From the IMG/VR virus record IMGVR_UViG_3300046387_001332: DNA of 64,000 bases; one strand, given 5' to 3'. Under the pieces are notes generated by a model, which did no database searches, was not told the DNA's origin, and saw only the letters and a program-made list of their open reading frames with translations. The translations under genes were made by a program, and so were the position numbers. Positions 38,541 through 47,167 of this stretch are shown here, in pieces (position 1 is the first letter of the stretch; every line of letters begins with the position of its first letter). This DNA comes from a virus.

Positions 38541-38882
38541 ATGAAGTCTGATAAATTAAAAACACAAATTCTTTCCATCTTTGAGGAAATAAAACAAGAA
38601 ACCCAATCTGAACTACAATTAGAAGGATTGTCCGCTGCGTATGCAAAACTTGCAAAATATTTAATGCAACAAGTAAAAGCAGGTAAGTTCCTAAGAAATT
38701 ATGATATTGATACAAATGCAGGAAGAATGGTGTTTCAGACGGGTAGTGGTAAAAAAATAGTATTCAATGATATGAAATTGGGTGTTACTGCTAATAAAAC
38801 CTGGAAAGGAAAAAAAGATGCTGGATTCTTTGACTATAAAGATCACAAGGGAATTTTAAAATTTTCTCTTGCGGATATCTAA
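38541..38882 (+). CDS. Hypothetical protein
   Basis: ATG at 38541 after TATTTAT; the track's upstream start runs through the terminator; LQLE motif. Confidence 0.6.
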   Translation: MKSDKLKTQILSIFEEIKQETQSELQLEGLSAAYAKLAKYLMQQVKAGKFLRNYDIDTNAGRMVFQTGSGKKIVFNDMKLGVTANKTWKGKKDAGFFDYKDHKGILKFSLADI

Positions 38883-38961
38883 TAAAAAAAGTCAAAAAAT
38901 TTAATTCTTGTATATGTATATATATCAGTTTATACTGATGTAATTAAATAAAGGTTATAAT

Positions 38962-39879
38962 ATGGAAGAAGACAACAAATCAATAGATATGCCCGATGAG
39001 GTCAAGCAGGCTCTCAAACGGGATGCAGATAAAAAGACTGCAACACAAACAACGCAAGAAACTGCTATACCTAGACAATCGGGTCCTGTGTTTACTCAGC
39101 AATCTGACCAAGCACAAAAGTTTGAATACCCAAGTGAAGTAGTTGATTTACCAAGTCAAGGTCACTTCTATGATCCGACATCTCCACTTGCATCTGGTAA
39201 GATAGACATCAAATACATGACTGCAAAAGAGGAAGATATTTTAACAAGTCAGAATTTGATTAAAAAGGGTGTAGTTTTGGATAAGTTGCTTGAAGCACTT
39301 ATCATAACACCTGGTGTTAAACTGGATGAAATCTTAGTCGGAGATAAAAATGCGATATTTGTGGCTTCACGGATTCTTGCTTATGGAAAAGATTATAAGA
39401 TTAAGTTTAAAGACCCATCAAATAACGAAGATGTTGAGGACACAATAGATTTATCACAAGTTGAACCAAAAGAATTTGACTTTGATAAATACGAAAGAGG
39501 TAGTAATTTATTTAGTTTTGAACTTCCGTTTAGCAAGAAGAATATCCATTGGAGTCTTCTCACTCATCAAGATGAGCAAAACATTGATGCAGAACTAAAA
39601 AGTCTTAAGAAATTTACCAAGAATAAAAATGAAACTGCCGAGGTCACTACTCGTTTAAAGTATGTCATAAAAGCAATTGATGGAGAAGAAGACAGAGCAA
39701 AAATTAAAAGTTTTGTTGATCGTCAACTCCTTGCACGTGATAGTTTGGCATTTCGTGAGCATATCAAGGAAAACACTCCGGACTTAGATATGACATTTAA
39801 TTTTGAATCTGAAGATACTGGATATACTGAAAGGATGACGATCCCACTTGGGGTCGACTTTTTTTACCCTTCCAACTGA
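38962..39879 (+). CDS. Baseplate-hub/tail assembly chaperone (T4 gp26-like)
   Basis: VDLPSQG..Y, YMTAKEEDIL, GDKNAI..RILAYG; C-terminal GVDFFYP. Confidence 0.75.
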   Translation: MEEDNKSIDMPDEVKQALKRDADKKTATQTTQETAIPRQSGPVFTQQSDQAQKFEYPSEVVDLPSQGHFYDPTSPLASGKIDIKYMTAKEEDILTSQNLIKKGVVLDKLLEALIITPGVKLDEILVGDKNAIFVASRILAYGKDYKIKFKDPSNNEDVEDTIDLSQVEPKEFDFDKYERGSNLFSFELPFSKKNIHWSLLTHQDEQNIDAELKSLKKFTKNKNETAEVTTRLKYVIKAIDGEEDRAKIKSFVDRQLLARDSLAFREHIKENTPDLDMTFNFESEDTGYTERMTIPLGVDFFYPSN

Positions 39880-40129
39880 TTACAAAATTCAACTACACGA
39901 AGAAATTTTTAACCTTGCATATTATAGTCAAGGTGGTTTTACCCAAGATATTGCGTACAACCTTCCTGTCTACTTGAGAAGATTCTACTTACGAAAACTT
40001 GTTGACGTTCGTAAGAAAGAAAACGAAGAAGCAGAAAAAGCACAGGCAAAGGCAAAATCTGGAGCAAAAACTCCATCAAGACCCACCGTTTCAAAACCAA
40101 GTATGCCAAGTAAAAGAACTTATAGATAG
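39860..40129 (+). CDS. Probable frameshift extension of the chaperone (G-T-like)
   Basis: No good start codon or SD; the frame overlaps the T7 run at 39859-39865; LHEEIFNL..YNLPVYLRRFYL. Confidence 0.6.
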   Translation, partial: FFTLPTDYKIQLHEEIFNLAYYSQGGFTQDIAYNLPVYLRRFYLRKLVDVRKKENEEAEKAQAKAKSGAKTPSRPTVSKPSMPSKRTYR

Positions 40130-40216
40130 TCTTCCATAAACTAACTTAAATTACAGAAGTCGTATATTTATCAATATATACGACTTTTTGTATTTATAAC
40201 CTACATTTAAATTATT

Positions 40217-40519
40217 ATGAAAAAGAAACACCTGATAGAAGAGCAACAATTAAATGAATTTGTTGGAAAAATTGCAGCCGCAATGTTTACCAAGAAAGCA
40301 GAAAAAATTGTAAAAGCAACAAAAAACAATCCAAAAATTTATAATGCCTTATCACAATATAAAAAAGACCTTGAAGATTTCCGTGCGAGAATGAAAAAAT
40401 TAGGAGTAAGTAGTTCAGAGGATTTGATAGCTGCCGTTAATAAAGATCCAAATATTCAAAATATAGAAGACCCAAGAGATGCACGAAAAAGAATAAGACG
40501 AGAACTTGGTCTTGACTAA
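40217..40519 (+). CDS. Hypothetical protein
   Basis: Upstream TATTTAT; LIE and LNE motifs. Confidence 0.6.
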   Translation: MKKKHLIEEQQLNEFVGKIAAAMFTKKAEKIVKATKNNPKIYNALSQYKKDLEDFRARMKKLGVSSSEDLIAAVNKDPNIQNIEDPRDARKRIRRELGLD

Positions 40520-40536
40520 TTTAAAGTAATTAAGTT

Positions 40537-43500
40537 GTGGCAGATTTAGATGACATCAAGGATGATTTAAAGGATGTAGTAGATATATCCAAAATGATTT
40601 CTGGTGTCATGGCAGGTGACGTAGAAACTTCCTTGGGTGGAGTCGATGACAAAGTAAGAGAAATTCAAGGTGCGTTATCCGATGCCTACGAAACAGGTCA
40701 AACATTTACTGTTGAAAATACTACATTTGATACAATGCAAAGAATGCTTGGGAATTCACAAACAATACTTGCGAATACAATTCCACTAGCAACTGAATTT
40801 ACAGAAAATCTAATGAATGCTTCTGATACAGCAGAAATGCTTACAAGTATTCAGGATGCAGGAAATCAGTTTCAACAACAAAAAGTTGATTTACAAAATG
40901 AATTAACTACAAATACAGGACTTACGGCAAATAAAGTCGATGAAATACAAGCAAAACTTGCTCAATTTAGTGAAGTTGAAAAATTTCTTAAATCGTTAGA
41001 ATCATCGGTATCTGCGACAAGTAATTTAGATGATGCTATAAATGTTGCGTATGGTTCTATGATAGACTTTATAGATACTCAATCTACATCACTTGAAAAA
41101 GTAAATGCATTACACGAAGAATTGAGTCGCATAGAATCAGCTGTAAATGATATGAGTTCAAAAACAATTTCATTTAATCCAGTGGTAGATACAAGTTCAT
41201 TGGCCAATGCTTCGGAAAAAATAAAAGAAATTGAGGGCAATGTGGCGGGTGGTAATATTATGGCAAACCTGGAAATAACAGGTGATAATGAAATTGCAAA
41301 ATTAAAAGGAGATTTAGCAGCCGCACAAAATGGAGCAACTGCACTTTCAGACGCCGCACAAGATTTTCGTAAAAGTTTAATAGGAGTATCAACAGAAAGT
41401 GAGGCACTTTCTAAAATTGAAGATGCTAGAAAAATTGCAAACCAAAGAATAAGTGAAATTACCGCTGCTATGCCAACACAAAAGGCCAATGTAGATACTG
41501 CAAGCAAAGCACTTGAAATTGAAAAAGCAAGACTTGATGCTTTACCCGCAGGAACATTAGCATACGAAACACAAAAAGCACGAATGGAAGAGGTGGAATC
41601 AACCCACATCCGTGCAGTTAATGCGGTAAAATCCCAACAAGCAGAATTAGCAGAGGTTACACGTTTCGGAGAAGAGTATCTTAATCAACAATTCATGTCT
41701 TTGGCAAATGCAGATGATATTGCATCTGGTATTGAAGAAATAAAAGGAAATACATCTGATTTAATTTCTGAGACGAGTAATTATCAAAACGAACTACAAC
41801 AATCTCAAGATAAACTAGATCAATATGGAGAGCAATATCGTAAACTTGTTAAAGAACTAGGTCCTACATTTGATTCAGCTGCAAAAGGAATAGATTCCGC
41901 AAAAGAAAGCATATTAGGTATTGCTGGTAGTATTCCAATATTTGGTGGACTTATAGAAAACAATTTAAGAGGACCATTTGAAGCTGCATCTAAAGAAATA
42001 ACACTTGGATTGGGAGAAGGATTTAAGGCATTTACACAAGTTATAGCAGACAAAGGTACGGTGACAGATGCAATGACTGCCGGTTTTGGTCATATGGGTA
42101 AAGCAATCAAAGACGCAGGTGCGGCTTTGAAAGCTGCTTTCTCTGGTCCTGTGTTGTTAATTGGTAGTATATTGTTATTAATTGGAATGGCAGTAAAACG
42201 ATTCATGGATTTGGAAGCAAAATCTCTTGAATTTCGTCAAGAACTTGGATTGGCTGCATCGTCCACGAAAGATATAGAATCAGCAGCTGCTGATGTAAAC
42301 CGAGAATTGGCAGGATTTGGTGTAACTCTTGATCACGCATACGAAGCTGCAAATGCGTTAACAAGTGAACTTGGTTCTACAATGCTTGTCACTCAAGAGC
42401 AAATAAAGATGGTTTCAATGATGAATGCTGGACTTGGAATATCTGCCGAAAGTGCAGTTGGAGTTTATGAGGTATTTAAAAATCTAAGTGGTGGTTCATC
42501 TGAGGTTGCAAAGAATTTAAGTTTAACAACTGTTGCATTAAGTACGGCTGCGGGAGTACCATTGGATCAGGTAATGGGTGACATTGCAAATGCTTCCGAG
42601 ACTGTATATTCTATGTCTCGTGGAACTGGTGTTGAAATGGCAGTTGCGGCCATCGAGGCACGTCGTTTGGGAACTAACATTGAAAGCATTTCAAGTGCAA
42701 TGGAACAACAACTTGATTTTGAAAGCAGTATTACCAACGAAATGAAAATGGCAAGTATGTTGGGTAGGCATATAAATATGAATGCTATGAGGGAAGCAGC
42801 TTTTGCAGGAGACCAAACAAGATATCTGGCAGAACAACAAAAAGTCATGGCAGATATTGGTGATCTGTCGGAGATGAATATGTATCAAAGAAAATCAATC
42901 GCAGCTGCTATGGGCATGGAAGTTGGTGAATTGATGAAAATGCAAACTCAAACCAAAGCATTGGCTGCATTAGAAAACGGAACTGCGGAACAAAGAAAAG
43001 CACTTGCGGAATACCAAAAACAAAGAAATGCGGCCTTGGCAGGAGAAACAAAAAGTCTTGCAGAGCAAGGCATGGAAATTTTAAAACAACAACAAGCAGA
43101 AAATGTTCGTACAAGAATGGCAGCCGCATTCAATGAATTGGTAACAGAACTTGGAAGTGTATTGTTACCGGTGGTTGAATCTGCAATGAATATTCTCGTT
43201 CCAATTGTTTCTACATTGATTTCTGGATTCGCAAAATTATTGAAGGTAGTTGAATTTTTAATGCAACCATTTATTTTTATAGGGAATATTATAAGTGCAA
43301 TTACAGGTGACACAGAGGGACTGAAAAAACAATTTGATGGTGTAGGTGCTTCGTTATTCGCAATCGGTGGAATTATATTAGGAACACTTGCAATTTTTAA
43401 TCAAGGTTTGATCTCGGGTGTTCTTGGGAAGATACCTTTAATTGGAGGGGGTCTTAAAAAAGTTTTTGAAAGTTCAACTGGTTTTATGAAAAAACATTTA

Positions 43501-46500
43501 TTTGATCCTTTTAAAGATGGAATAAGTGGTATGTTCGGAGATGCGGAGGGTGCATCTGACGGATTTTTCGGTAAAATGAAAGACAAAGTAAAAGGTATGT
43601 TTGGTGGAGCAAAACCGGATGTACCAGGACCTTTAAAGAAAGATGGCACACCTGATATGCGTTTCAAAGCAAATAAAGAAGCATTGAAACCTGGAGTACC
43701 AGATATATCAGACGATGTTGTACCTGATGTTGATCCTAAAAAGGGTGATAAATTCAAGGACTTTATAGAAAAATTTAATCAAATAGATATGACACAAGTT
43801 ATTAAAGCAGCCGCAGCTTTAGTAATATTATCAGCCGCACTTTATGTAACCGCAAAGGCATTAAATGAATTTAATACGGTAGAGTGGAGTTCACTGGTAA
43901 AAGGAACTCTTGCATTGGGAATATTAATAGGTGGATTATATGCATTGTCACAAGTTTTGGATAAAGCAAAAAGTTCGTTAATTAAAGGAGCAGCTGCGTT
44001 GCTAATTATGGGTGCGGCCTTGATACCAGCTGCATATGCGTTTAATTTAATGGGGTCAATTGATTTTGTTTCTGTTTTACTAGCAGGTATTGCGATTGCT
44101 GGTTTTGCAGTAATGGCTGCGGTACTTGGTTATGTTGCACCTTATATAATAGCAGGTTCCGTTGCATTAGCAGTTTTAGGAGTGGCATTAATACCTGCGG
44201 CTATTGCATTTAATTTATTCGGTGCAGTTAATTGGGGAAGTGTGTTCCTTGGAATTCTTGCAATCGGTGTTTTAGCAGTTGCGGCTGCTTTCATGGGAAG
44301 TGTAGCACCTTTAATTATCGCAGGTGCTATTGCAATCGGTGCATTGGGTCTTTCATTAATTCCATTTGGGATTGCGGCCATACTTGCAGGTGCAGGAATG
44401 GCATTAATAGGATTTGGAATACAATTGATGGTTACGGGTCTTGATCAATTAACTATGGGTCATATATTAATGCTATATGGACTGGCAGGTGCTATATTAG
44501 CATTTGCTTTATTGTCACCTGTTGTGTTAGTGGCAGGATTCAGTATGCTTGTATTCTCCGCAGCCTTGGCATTGGCAGGTGTCGGTGTTATGATTTTTGG
44601 ATTTGCATTAAGTTTAGTAAACGAAACATTAAAAGAATTACCAGCCGCTGCTGGAGGTTTATTTGTATTTGCGATGGCAATTGCAATGCTTGCACCACTT
44701 ACACCATTAATTTTATTAACTGCTGGTGCATTGTTATTTTTGGGAGTGGCAATGCTTCCACTTGCGGTGAGTATGGTAATTTTAGGAGCAGGTATTGCTT
44801 TACTTGGACTTGGATTTCAGATGCTTAGAGACTCAAATGCAGCCGGAATGTTAATTGAGTTAGGATTTGCAATGTCATTTATTGCAATGATGGCACCGTT
44901 CATTACAATAGGTGCAGCTGTACTGGCAGTCCTCACGGCTGTATTAATACCATTCAGTATTGCAGTTGCGGTTGCTGGAATTGGAATGATGTTATTTGGT
45001 ATTGGCTTGAATTTGACTGCAAGTGCTTTGGAAAAACTTGGAGCAAATTCAGTTTATTTAATTGGGTTTGCGATAGCAGTAAGCATGGTAGGTGCAATGC
45101 TTCCATTAATTATATTAGGTGCAATTGCTATGGTAATATTGGCAACTGCTTTAATACCACTTGGAGTGGCTGCCATGATTGCAGGTGTAGGTCTTATGGC
45201 AGTGGGTGTAGGTATGAATTTGATGGCATCGGCACTTGAAAAAATGGATGTAGGAAAATTACTAGGACTTGTGTTTACATTTGCAATTGTTGGTGCTATG
45301 ATTCCACTGATAATACTTGGTGCAATTGCAATGGGTATAATGGCATCTGCAATGATACCACTTGCAGTAGCTGCGGCGGTTGCCGGAGTCGGTTTATATA
45401 TGTTTGCATCGGCATTTGAAATACTTGCAAATTCACTAACTAAAATAACCGCAGAGTCTGTATTATCTTTACTAGGTATTGGGGTAGCAATGATGTTCTT
45501 GGGAGCAATGGCACCGTTTGCAATACTTGCTTCGTTGGCACTTGCGGTATTTGCAATAGGTTTGGGTGCGTTTGGAATTGCAGCCGCAATTGTTGCTCCA
45601 TCTATAGATATTTTAGCAAAGGGTATGGTTATTTTGGCATTATCACTTGAACATATAGCAAAAACTGCGATGCCTGCAATAGCAGGATTAACTTTACTTG
45701 GTTTGATAAGTCCATTATTATTCGTAGCCGCTGCGGGTATGGCTGCATTGGCAATTCCAACTTTATTATTTGGAATGGCAGCTGGCATAGCTGCCCCTGG
45801 AGTTGTAATGTTATCGGGAGCATTTAGTTTACTTGCAACTGCATTATCTTCTATGGGAGAAACTGCAATGGCAACTATAATAGCACTTGGCGTACTTGCC
45901 GTTTTTTCACCAATGTTGTTTGTTGCGGCTGCTGGTATATTAGCATTATCTGCATCAATGTTAGCATTGGGGATTGGAATGTTGTTTATAAGTGATAAAT
46001 CAGCATCAATACTAATAGGAATTGCAGGTGCAATAGAAGCAATAGGAAAATCAACATCTAAAGTTGATTTAGTTGGATTTGTTGGTCAATTATTATTACT
46101 TGCGGCTTCTGCACCTTTACTTGTAGCTGCCGGAATCGGTTTATTAGCAATAACAGGACCTCTGGTTCTATTCGGAATGGCATCATTGGTAGCAAGTGTA
46201 GGTGTAGGTGCGTTGGCTGTGTCGTTTAATTTATTGTCTGTTGCAATTACCGCGATTGGTGAACAAGGAGCAGCCGTAATTGCTTCGTTAATGGGTCTTG
46301 CGTTAGTAGCACCATTATTATTAGGAGCGGCTGCTGGTATAATGGCAGTGGGTGCATCATTGGCTGCACTTGCAGTTGGGTTATTTTTCTTGGACGAGGA
46401 TGATGTTTCTATCCTGGCAACACTCGGAGAGGCAATGGCAAATATAGGTAAAGGTGCTAAGGATTTGGATATAGGAACATTTTCAGAAGCATTGACCTCT

Positions 46501-47130
46501 TTAGTTGATGATTCATTTTTATCAGGTATTTATTTACTCGGTGATGCAATAATATATTTAGCATCTGCGTTGGGTCAGTTACCGACTGCACCTATGCAAT
46601 TATTAGTAGATTTGAGTTCATCTGGTGGAATTGGTGGTGGGGCAGAATCCGGAGGGGGGTCAGTTGGTTCATCTGTAACACCTCCTGCAAGTGGACTTGG
46701 TGCTAATTCAGTTGGTACATCGGTTTCACCAACAACGGATGGTGCTGGTGGTGGAGGTGGGGGTTTTCTTGGAGGTCTATTTGATGGGATTTTTGGTGCA
46801 GAAGACAAAACCTCCGAGGCATCAACCGTAATTCAAACTCAGAAGGCAATAGTGATGTCAGAAGGTGGTGGGGGTGAATCTCCACAGGAACAACTTGATA
46901 TGCCAGGTGGAGTGGAAGGTGGGGGTGGTGATTCTGCACTAGCAGAGATTATTGCACAAATAGTAAATGCACCTACCCAAAACAATGCAGCTGGTGATAG
47001 TGGGGGTGGTGATAATTCAGGAGTCGAAGCAAAACTTGATGAACTCATTGGTCTAATGAAGTCAGGTAAAATCGGTGTATACATGGATGGAAGAAAAGTT
47101 GAACAACAACTTGCAAGAGTAGCACCATAA
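40537..47130 (+). CDS. Tape measure protein with a very long hydrophobic repeat region
   Basis: 2197 aa, Ala/Gly-rich helical; located after tube and chaperone; C-terminal VYMDGRKV. Confidence 0.85.
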   Translation: MADLDDIKDDLKDVVDISKMISGVMAGDVETSLGGVDDKVREIQGALSDAYETGQTFTVENTTFDTMQRMLGNSQTILANTIPLATEFTENLMNASDTAEMLTSIQDAGNQFQQQKVDLQNELTTNTGLTANKVDEIQAKLAQFSEVEKFLKSLESSVSATSNLDDAINVAYGSMIDFIDTQSTSLEKVNALHEELSRIESAVNDMSSKTISFNPVVDTSSLANASEKIKEIEGNVAGGNIMANLEITGDNEIAKLKGDLAAAQNGATALSDAAQDFRKSLIGVSTESEALSKIEDARKIANQRISEITAAMPTQKANVDTASKALEIEKARLDALPAGTLAYETQKARMEEVESTHIRAVNAVKSQQAELAEVTRFGEEYLNQQFMSLANADDIASGIEEIKGNTSDLISETSNYQNELQQSQDKLDQYGEQYRKLVKELGPTFDSAAKGIDSAKESILGIAGSIPIFGGLIENNLRGPFEAASKEITLGLGEGFKAFTQVIADKGTVTDAMTAGFGHMGKAIKDAGAALKAAFSGPVLLIGSILLLIGMAVKRFMDLEAKSLEFRQELGLAASSTKDIESAAADVNRELAGFGVTLDHAYEAANALTSELGSTMLVTQEQIKMVSMMNAGLGISAESAVGVYEVFKNLSGGSSEVAKNLSLTTVALSTAAGVPLDQVMGDIANASETVYSMSRGTGVEMAVAAIEARRLGTNIESISSAMEQQLDFESSITNEMKMASMLGRHINMNAMREAAFAGDQTRYLAEQQKVMADIGDLSEMNMYQRKSIAAAMGMEVGELMKMQTQTKALAALENGTAEQRKALAEYQKQRNAALAGETKSLAEQGMEILKQQQAENVRTRMAAAFNELVTELGSVLLPVVESAMNILVPIVSTLISGFAKLLKVVEFLMQPFIFIGNIISAITGDTEGLKKQFDGVGASLFAIGGIILGTLAIFNQGLISGVLGKIPLIGGGLKKVFESSTGFMKKHLFDPFKDGISGMFGDAEGASDGFFGKMKDKVKGMFGGAKPDVPGPLKKDGTPDMRFKANKEALKPGVPDISDDVVPDVDPKKGDKFKDFIEKFNQIDMTQVIKAAAALVILSAALYVTAKALNEFNTVEWSSLVKGTLALGILIGGLYALSQVLDKAKSSLIKGAAALLIMGAALIPAAYAFNLMGSIDFVSVLLAGIAIAGFAVMAAVLGYVAPYIIAGSVALAVLGVALIPAAIAFNLFGAVNWGSVFLGILAIGVLAVAAAFMGSVAPLIIAGAIAIGALGLSLIPFGIAAILAGAGMALIGFGIQLMVTGLDQLTMGHILMLYGLAGAILAFALLSPVVLVAGFSMLVFSAALALAGVGVMIFGFALSLVNETLKELPAAAGGLFVFAMAIAMLAPLTPLILLTAGALLFLGVAMLPLAVSMVILGAGIALLGLGFQMLRDSNAAGMLIELGFAMSFIAMMAPFITIGAAVLAVLTAVLIPFSIAVAVAGIGMMLFGIGLNLTASALEKLGANSVYLIGFAIAVSMVGAMLPLIILGAIAMVILATALIPLGVAAMIAGVGLMAVGVGMNLMASALEKMDVGKLLGLVFTFAIVGAMIPLIILGAIAMGIMASAMIPLAVAAAVAGVGLYMFASAFEILANSLTKITAESVLSLLGIGVAMMFLGAMAPFAILASLALAVFAIGLGAFGIAAAIVAPSIDILAKGMVILALSLEHIAKTAMPAIAGLTLLGLISPLLFVAAAGMAALAIPTLLFGMAAGIAAPGVVMLSGAFSLLATALSSMGETAMATIIALGVLAVFSPMLFVAAAGILALSASMLALGIGMLFISDKSASILIGIAGAIEAIGKSTSKVDLVGFVGQLLLLAASAPLLVAAGIGLLAITGPLVLFGMASLVASVGVGALAVSFNLLSVAITAIGEQGAAVIASLMGLALVAPLLLGAAAGIMAVGASLAALAVGLFFLDEDDVSILATLGEAMANIGKGAKDLDIGTFSEALTSLVDDSFLSGIYLLGDAIIYLASALGQLPTAPMQLLVDLSSSGGIGGGAESGGGSVGSSVTPPASGLGANSVGTSVSPTTDGAGGGGGGFLGGLFDGIFGAEDKTSEASTVIQTQKAIVMSEGGGGESPQEQLDMPGGVEGGGGDSALAEIIAQIVNAPTQNNAAGDSGGGDNSGVEAKLDELIGLMKSGKIGVYMDGRKVEQQLARVAP

Positions 47131-47167
47131 TCTTCAAAAAAAATATATTTGTATATTTATATTTTGC

